Part shown: piece after piece, positions 55,271 through 64,000 of the stretch
How positions within the stretch are numbered: the stretch's first letter is position 1
How the letters are laid out: each line of letters starts with the position of its first letter
NCBI GenBank assembly: GCA_964016885.1
Contig: OZ024743.1
Span: forward strand, 74,090,001 to 74,154,000
Source of the DNA: Eledone cirrhosa
Lineage: Eukaryota
Direction of reading: 5' to 3'
Length of the DNA: 64,000 bases
Position numbers and translations under genes: made by a program
Notes under the pieces: model-generated
Database searches by the model: none
Told to the model about the DNA's origin: nothing
What the model saw: only the letters and a program-made list of their open reading frames with translations

Positions 55271-55935
55271 AAGGTGAAGTTGGAAATAGTACGGAAAATA
55301 TATCTAAGGGTCTGTTTTTCTGTTTTGATTCGTCAAAGTGACATTATTGAAAAGATGACATTATTGAAAAGAGTTCAAATCCCGCCGAGGTTGACTTTGC
55401 CTTTCATCCTTACGGGGTCGATAAAATAAAGTACCAGTAATGCACTGGATAATTGCTGGCCTTGTGCCTAAAGTAGAAACAATTATTGAAAAGATGACAT
55501 TATTGAAAAAATGAGTGGGACAATTCTTTAAAAAAAAAAAGGTTTTATAATGTCTATAAAGTATATAAAGTATATAAAGTATATAATGTCTATAAAGTAT
55601 ATAAAGTATATAATGTCTATAAAGTATATAAAGTATATAAAGTATTACCGGTTTCGATATATTATTAAAATCCATCTTATCAAATGTTGAATGTTGAAAT
55701 AAAAAATAAAAAGAATTAATAGGAGTTAAAACCTGAGGATTTAAAAATAAAATCAAGATCAAATGTTTGGAGTAAACTTTCTTCCATCCATCTTGCTCAA
55801 AATTTCTTACCACCAAATTTTTACCACTCATTTTTTCAATAATGTTATCTTTTCAATAATGTCACTTTGACGAATCAAAAAAGAAAAAAAAGACCCTTAA
55901 ATATATTTTCCGTGCTATTTCCAACTTCACCTTTT
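55271..55935. repeat. Inverted repeat (~110-bp arms); left arm split by a SINE
   Basis: aaggtgaagttggaaatag...gattcgtcaaagtgacattattg versus caataatgtcactttgacgaatc...ctatttccaacttcacctt. Confidence 0.85.
55371..55481 (+). mobile_element. 5'-truncated family-A SINE with 28-bp target-site duplication
   Basis: ATTATTGAAAAGATGACATTATTGAAAA at 55343-55370 and 55482-55509. Confidence 0.88.
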
Positions 55936-55957
55936 CTCTATATCCATTGTTTTTTCC

Positions 55958-56048
<91 letters not shown>

Positions 56049-56385
56049 AATAGGAAAGTAAAAGTATCCAAGGTAGAGATCAACTCAAGTCCGTAGAGTG
56101 ACTTATTACAACGGTGTGATATCAGTTACGTACGTTTCGTTAGCCTTGGTGGCCTTACTCCGGTTCATTATCATCAGCACAGGTTAAACACCTGATCCTC
56201 TAGGCTAACGAAAGGTACGTACCTGGTATGGCGCCGTTATAGTAACTGGCCTTAATAATTATATGTATTATCAATAGTGGGTTTTGTTACTCTGTAGTTT
56301 TGCCCGTTTATCACAGGATCATCAATAAATTATATATTAAAACTCTATTTCGGTATTGAGTACTGTTTTCTCTCAGTCGTCAACA

Positions 56386-56429
<44 letters not shown>

Positions 56430-56648
56430 TGAAGGCGTGTGGCTGAGTGGTTAGAGAATTCGATTCACAATCTTGAGGTTGTGAGTTCGATTCATAGACC
56501 GGGTAATGCGTTATGTCTGAGCAAGACATTTTATTTCATGTTGTTCCTTCTACCTGGAGTTGCGACCGATAGATAGTATTAGCAACTGGAAAGACCAAAG
56601 GAAACATTGTTTCCTTTGGTCTGATATGACGAAAGTCGATCGATCCTT
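56430..56648 (+). mobile_element. tRNA-headed SINE (family B core, tail type 1)
   Basis: Near-identical to 18807-19020. Confidence 0.85.
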
Positions 56649-57073
56649 TTTCATATGTATATATATATACCCACTAAGAAGATACCGTTAAGGGTGAAAG
56701 CAGAAATTCTTTGCTTAAACTTTAATCTGTACTAATGATAAATATTTGCTCTACGGATTTATATATATGTATGTGTGTGTATGTATATATATATATATAC
56801 AGATATGTGCATACATGTATGTATGTATATTTTTATATGTATATGTATATGTGTGTGTGTATGTGTGTTTGTGTGTGTGTATTTCCTTTTCTCACTAGTC
56901 AGTTATTTCGTTGCTACAGATCACGCGGTTAAATTAGCGGTCGCTATTTTCAATTTGCAAAGCCCTTTAAACTGTGTTATTACTCTGAGGTTTATTCCTT
57001 GTCGAGTGCTTGGCTTCACTGCTGAAGGCATTCGTTGACTTGGCTGCTGATCGAACTTCGAATATGCTGTACT

Positions 57074-57119
<46 letters not shown>

Positions 57120-57689
57120 TGTGTGTGTGTGTCTGTGTGTGTGTGTTTGTGTGTATAGTGACAAAGAGTTATGGACCACTAGAAATAAGAGAGAGAGAGA
57201 AGAAATAGATTGTTATCAATTGTATTAAAAGCTCTCTAATCATACCGGGCATTTTAACATGTCCAATATATTAAGGCAAATCTTATACATTAAAGTACTG
57301 CATGGTCAAAACGTATTGTGTAGGCTTCAACTCCATTTCAATGACTTTTGTAAAATCTGAAGCACATTTAAATAAATATCATATACTAGGATTACCTTCC
57401 TTTTAATTGATCTTGCCTAAATATGATTATATATATTAGTAGATAGCATGGTGTTTTGGAGGTTCAATGTCTCGAACATAAATATACAAACGAACAAAGA
57501 AGTATTGAATGTTAGCTGATGATTAGGAGGACTATAGTGATAATACTGATGTTGGTGATAATAGATTGAAAGGCCTTTGTCAAAAGATTCCTGTGTGTTT
57601 CCGTAGTTTCATTGAGAAGGTTTCTTATCGATGTTCTTGTAATTTTGTTGCTCAAATACCGTGATATCTTGTAGATCATAGATATATAC

Positions 57690-59079
57690 ATCTACCCATA
57701 CATATATATACATCCATATATACATCCATACATACATATACACATACATACATTCATATACATATATATATATATATATATACATATACACATACATATA
57801 TACATATACATATACACATATACATATATACATACTTACATATAGACACACACACATACATCCATACATACATATACACATACATACATTCATATACATA
57901 TATATATATATACATATACACATACATATATACATATACACATACATATATACATACATCCATACATACATATACACATATACACATACATATATACATA
58001 TCACATACATATATACATATATACATACTTACTTACATATACACACACACATACATCCATACATACATATACACATACATACATTCATATACATATATAT
58101 ATATATACATATACACATACATATATACATATACACATACATATATACATACATCCATACATACATATACACATATACACATACATATATACATATCACA
58201 TACATATATACATATATACATACTTACTTACATATACACACACACATACATCCATACATACATATACACATGCATACATTCATATACATATATATATATA
58301 TATATATACATATACACATACATATATACATATACACATACATATATACATACATCCATACATACATATACACATATACACATACATATATACATATCAC
58401 ATACATATATACATATATACATACTTACTTACATATACACACACACATACATCCATACATACATATACACATACATACATTCATATACATATATATATAT
58501 ATATACATATACACATACATATATACATATACACATACATATATACATACATCCATACATACATATACACATATACACATACATATATACATATCACATA
58601 CATATATACATATATACATACTTACTTACATATACACACACACATACATCCATACATACATATACACATACATACATTCATATACATATATATATATATA
58701 TATACATATACACATACATATATACATATACACATACATATATACATACATCCATACATACATATACACATATACACATACATATATACATATCACATAC
58801 ATATATACATATATACATACTTACTTACATATACACACACACATACATCCATACATACATATACACATACATACATTCATATACATATATATATATACAT
58901 ATACACATACATATATACATATACACATACATATATACATACATCCATACATACATATACACATATACACATACATATATACATATCACATACATATATA
59001 CATATATACATACTTACTTACATATACACACACACATACATCCATACATACATATACACATACATACATTCATATACAC

Positions 59080-59080
<1 letters not shown>
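57690..59080. repeat. ~197-bp higher-order tandem repeat built from TA/CA/TACA microsatellite, ~7 units
   Basis: The rare anchor TATCACA recurs near 58001, 58196, 58397, 58594, 58793 and 58986. Confidence 0.88.
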
Positions 59081-59113
<33 letters not shown>

Positions 59114-59721
59114 ATATATATATATACAAATACATAATTACATATATACATACATACTTACATTTACACACACACATACAAACATATATACACATACATA
59201 TACGCACACATACTAACATAGATATATGTATGCCGTACGAATGAGTATATATATACCTCCCTGTCTGACATACAGGAACACCAATGTTATATGCACATGA
59301 GTGTGTATATGTATACCGTAACAGTGGGTGTATATATATCTATCTGTCTGACGGTCCCCGTCCTCACACACAAAAGCACCACACATGTACACAAATACAC
59401 ACACACATATACACATGTAAAGAGGTTAGATATTAGCGGTTAAAAATGTTTATTCGTAAACATACCGTATATGGCGAGATATACAAACTACACATACTTA
59501 TATATACTTATATAATACACAGCTATGTTAGAGCGGACTCCTTATTAATGACTTCTAGAAAGCCCAATGGATGCTAGAAAAACATACTAGGATCGCTTTG
59601 ATGTATTTCAAATGGCTGTCGACCGAGATGAGATATATTCTCGGTTCGATTACCGTGGGAGAGTATATATATACTTATATAGTACACAGCTATGTTAGAG
59701 CGGACTCCTTATTAATTATTA

Positions 59722-60332
59722 ATTGTTTCTACTTTAGGCACAAGGCGAGCAATTACGCAGTGCATTACTGGTACTTTATTTTATCGACCCCGTAAGGATG
59801 AAATGCAAAGTTAACCTCGGCGGTTATATATACTTATTAATGACTTCTAGAAAGCCCAAGAATCGAACCCATGATATTATGAACACCCTTATCACTAGGC
59901 CATGCCTACTACTACTGTTAAAAGGCGGTAAAATTATGTGGGAAATTTGGATTGCGTCATTAATTAATAAATAAATGCTTTGAAGTACAGAGTTACGGCC
60001 CTTTACGTTATGAGGTCAAATCCTGCCGAGGTTAACTTTACCTGTCATCCTTAAGGGGGCAATAAAATAAAGTACCAGTAATACACGGAGATAATTGCTT
60101 GCCTTGTGCCAAAAGCAGAAACAATTATTTTAATAATTGTAAGGGCGGGGGATTGGCAGTATCGGTAGAGAGTCGGACGCCATGCTTTGCAGCATAGAGT
60201 TACGTCCCTTTGCAGTCTGAGGTCAAATCCCGCCGAGGTTAACTTTGCCTGTCATCCTTAAGCGGGGCAATAAAATAAAGTACCAGTAATACACTGAGAT
60301 AATTGCTGGCCTTGTTCCAAAAGTAGAAACAG
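59722..60332. mobile_element. Family-A SINE cluster (one minus fragment, two plus copies)
   Basis: Consensus core at 59722-59823 (-), ~59975-60128 (+) and 60142-60332 (+). Confidence 0.8.
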
Positions 60333-60496
60333 TTATCAATTAATAAATACAAAGCCATCTAGAAACAAAAGCTTCGAACCAACAGCGTTTTGAGAATTCC
60401 CTTTTATATATTTTAGTCACTTAAGTAATTAAGATGTATGGTTTAAATATATTCTGCTGATACATAACTAATACTCTTGGATCTTGAATAATGTCC

Positions 60497-60650
60497 CATG
60501 GCTTAGTGCGCATGGATTAGTGGTTAGAGCATTGGGCTTGCAATCGAAAGGTTGTGAGTTCAATTCTCGGACTGGGTGATGTGTTGTTTCCTTGAGCAAG
60601 ACACTTTATTTCACGCTGCTCCAGTTTACTCAGCTGTAGAAATGAGATGA
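60497..60650 (+). mobile_element. tRNA-headed SINE (family B), truncated
   Basis: Matches 30147-30290. Confidence 0.8.
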
Positions 60651-60950
60651 TAAGACTGGGGTCCCTATCATTAAATTACCCAAGATACCTCCAACGAGAT
60701 ATACCTTAGAGGAGGCCAGCTAAACCTGACCTGCATAGGTGTGAGCTGTCACACACGCACACACAATGTGTCCCCCCCCCTCCGCTTATTAATTTTTCAT
60801 ATTTTCCCCCCTTAAACACACACCGCTTATCCTTTTTTTCTAATCTACCCCCGGCGAAATTTTATACTAAGTTCCTGTGATATTTCATTTCCTTTAGACA
60901 TAAAACAAAACTTTGTAGATGACAAAAAAATAACATTTCTAGAAATTTAA

Positions 60951-61943
60951 TCTATATATATAAAACTGTGGTTGTCTGTCTGTCTATCGATTTTTGGCAC
61001 ACATCTCCTCTTAGAATCTCTCACGGAATTGCACCGAAATTGCTATACTTGTACACTGAGCCCTAGCGAAGACATCGGAAAAAAATATTTCAAATTGACC
61101 CGCCCTATGTGACGAAATCGAATATAATGTATCGATTTTTGAGCGTAAGTTATCAGTTATTTCCCTTTGTTCTGTTTACATTGAGCGTCTTACGTAAAAA
61201 ATTACGCTGGCTTTCTCAGCGTTTAAAATGACATTAACACAATACACGAACAGTTGTCGAGCCAGCAAAATATTGACCTGCAAAATTCATCAGTTCGAAC
61301 ACTAAGCTTCCGTTTTGCTTCATTTCCATTTAAAAGCATTTTAAAACAATATTTTTACTTGAAAACAAGTCTATTTAAAGACTACGTAAAACAAGCAAAT
61401 ATTTCGTCGTTAGGCGTGCAGACAGACAGTCGTGCAGACAGACAGTCGTGCAGAGAGGTGATATACGCGTGCAGACAGATAGTCGTGCAGAGAGGTGATA
61501 TAGGCGTGCAGACAGACAGTCGTGCAGAGAGGTGATATAGGCGTGCAGACAGACATAACTGATAATTTGGTTACGCTAATGTTTTTCTCTGCGTTGCAGT
61601 GTTTACATTTTCGATCTTTGTTAATAAATAACCAGTGCAGTTTCTATCCCCAGCATCCTCTTTTGTTATAACATTCGGGTTATCGTTATGTTTTCTTAAC
61701 TTCATAAGGCATATTGTTGGTTGAGGGAATATTAATCAAAAACACCACATGCAAGTCTGCACAGTAGACACTACAGTTTTTAAGCCAAGAAAGAAACTTA
61801 ACATTGTAACTTTAACACAGCTACTGAGCGACCCCGAGCAACGCCGGGCTTGCAGACAGACTTTAAGCCAAAAAAGAAACTTAATATTGTAACTTTAACA
61901 CAGCTACTGAGCGACCCCGAGCAACGCCGGGCTTTACTGCTAG
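60951..61943 (+). mobile_element. Non-autonomous Helitron
   Basis: 5' TCTATATATATAAAA, 3' hairpin CCCGAGCAACGCCGGG followed by CTAG, inserted between A and T with no TSD. Internal GTGCAGACAGACA minisatellite at 61410-61555. Confidence 0.85.
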
Positions 61944-62423
61944 TACATTATAAAATAAATAGGATGGGTTGAGAACACAATATGTAAACTAAACTACTAA
62001 TTCTGTTTTTTTTTAAATTAACGAAGACAACCTAGAAAAATTACCGATTTTCCACACACCCCACCCCCATTCTGCTTATTTCCCCAAGCCCTGCTTATTC
62101 CAACTCCCCCAACAGGTTATTCCACCCTCTTCTGCTTATTCCAACTCTTCCATGATTATCTACGCCCCCCCCCCCACCCGCTTATTCCACCCCATAAAAT
62201 TTGGAACCCTAGAGTATGTAATGTTCTTGCAATCTAACATTGAAAATGCGACTATATCCCTTTAAACTTGTTATTCTAAAATTACTTAAATATAATTTAA
62301 TAAAATAATGTTTATATAATATTTATGTTATAATTGACATTTGGCTGCTATTTCTAGCAGATTCAGTGAATCATTAGAGTTACCCTTATTTCGTTCTATC
62401 TAGACATTGTTTAATGCCCCCCG

Positions 62424-62544
<121 letters not shown>

Positions 62545-63910
62545 ACTATTATATGCAAATGAGAGCCATGCACTGGCCGCCCCGCGATCCCGGTGGACAG
62601 AATAGAGAAGGCGTTTCCCGGAGGATGGTGAGGAAGACGCGTTGGAGGAGAAATTCCAGCTCGTGAGGCTCACACCTGCGGGTAGCCGCCTCCGTACCGA
62701 CAGTGGTGAGTAGGGAGGTGATCCTAGGGCTAAGGACAGCAGAATTCCCCAGTGGTACTGGGTGCAGATGGTAGGAAGTAGGGAGGTGGTCCTAGGGCCA
62801 AGGACAGCAGAATTCCCCACTGGTACTGGGTGCAGATGGTAGGAAGTAGGGAGGTGGTCCTAGGGCCAAGGACAGCAGAATTCCCCAGTGGTACTGGGTG
62901 CAGATGGTAGGAAGTAGGGAGGTGGTCCTAGGGCCAAGGACAGCAGAATTCCCCACTGGTACTGGGTGCAGATGGTAGGAAGTAGGGAGGTGGTCCTAGG
63001 GCCAAGGACAGCAGAATTCCCCAGTGGTACTGGGTGCAGATGGTAGGAAGTAGGGAGGTGGTCCTAGGGCCAAGGACAGCAGAATTCCCCACTGGTACTG
63101 GGTGCAGATGGTAGGAAGTAGGGAGGTGGTCCTAGGGCCAAGGACAGCAGAATTCCCCAGTGGTACTGGGTGCAGATGGTAGGAAGTAGGGAGGTGGTCC
63201 TAGGGCCAAGGACAGCAGAATTCCCCAGTGGTACTGGGTGCAGATGGTAGGAAGCAGGGAGGTGGTCCTAGGGCCAAGGACAGCAGAATTCCCCACTGGT
63301 ACTGGGTGCAGATGGTAGGAAGTACGGAGGTGGTCCTAGGGCCAAGGACAGCAGAATTCCCCACTGGTACTGGGTGCAGATGGTAGGAAGTAGGGAGGTG
63401 GTCCTAGGGCCAAGGACAGCAGAATTCCCCACTGGTACTGGGTGCAGATGGTAGGAAGTACGGAGGTGGTCCTAGGGCCAAGGACAGCAGAATTCCCCAG
63501 TGGTACTGGGTGCAGATGGTAGGAAGTAGGGAGGTGGTCCTAGGGCCAAGGACAGCAGAATTCCCCAGTGGTACTGGGTGCAGATGGTAGGAAGTAGGGA
63601 GGTGGTCCTAGGGCCAAGGACAGCAGAATTCCCCACTGGTACTGGGTGCAGATGGTAGGAAGTAGGGAGGTGGTCCTAGGGCCAAGGACAGCAGAATTCC
63701 CCACTGGTACTGGGTGCAGATGGTAGGAAGTAGGGAGGTGGTCCTAGGGCCAAGGACAGCAGAATTCCCCAGTGGTACTGGGTGCAGATGGTAGGAAGTA
63801 GGGAGGTGGTCCTAGGGCCAAGGACAGCAGAATTCCCCACTGGTACTGGGTGCAGATGGTAGGAAGTACGGAGGTGGTCCTAGCGCCAAGGACACCAGAA
63901 ATCTCCACTG
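62545..63910 (-). mobile_element. CRE-like 3' end containing an internal tandem array, ending at (GA)n
   Basis: Minus strand gcaggtgtgagcctcacgagctgg...caacgcgtcttcctcaccatcctccgggaaacgccttctctattct matches 47917-47997. The far side gtggagatttctggtgtccttggc matches 47843-47866. Confidence 0.78.
62712..63900. repeat. 68-bp minisatellite, ~17.5 near-identical units
   Basis: Unit GAGGTGGTCCTAGGGCCAAGGACAGCAGAATTCCCCA(G/C)TGGTACTGGGTGCAGATGGTAGGAAGTA(G/C)G. Confidence 0.97.
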
Positions 63911-64000
63911 TTATTCAATTTACTGAACGGCAGCTTAAAGTTATTAAGGTTATTAAGCGAACTACACAATCAGATGTGTCTTACCTCTTTAAAAACCATG

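Noticed and set aside
58270-59244. 324-aa Y/I/H/T ORF
   Set aside because: Artefact of a G-poor tandem repeat.
60720-62216. DNA transposon/MITE hosting the Helitron
   Set aside because: CCCC..GCTTATT motifs occur on both sides, but matching TIRs and a TSD could not be identified.
62712-63900. 68-bp array as CRISPR
   Set aside because: The intervening segment is the same in every unit, and the repeat derives from a retroelement.

Overview
This is gene-free, AT-rich, repeat-dominated animal DNA. The SINE families and microsatellite load point to a coleoid cephalopod such as octopus (inference). No host exon could be supported. Main contents: (1) an apparently intact ~5.8 kb L1/Tx1-group LINE (ORF1 with CCHC knuckle; ORF2 APE-RT-Zn) inside a (TCTA)n microsatellite, plus two decayed relatives, one also starting at (TCTA)n; (2) Penelope-like element remnants (a GIY-YIG ORF, pLTR pieces, several minimal hammerhead ribozyme cores, fold-back palindromes) lodged in (TA)n/(TG)n tracts; (3) CRE-like restriction-endonuclease 3' ends next to GA-rich tracts, one containing a 68-bp tandem array built partly from its own coding sequence; (4) RTE/Rex3-like 3' ends with (GAA)n tails, a CR1-like fragment, Helitron ends and many tRNA-headed SINEs; (5) a 38-bp satellite, with a second block flanked by a 469-bp direct duplication. 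The most interesting signals are the apparent partitioning of microsatellite motifs among retroelement families, and two features shared by the diverged LINE copies: a structure-conserved double hairpin in the 5' UTR and a splice-donor consensus overlapping the ORF1 stop. All calls are by-eye; family names need database confirmation and many boundaries are approximate.
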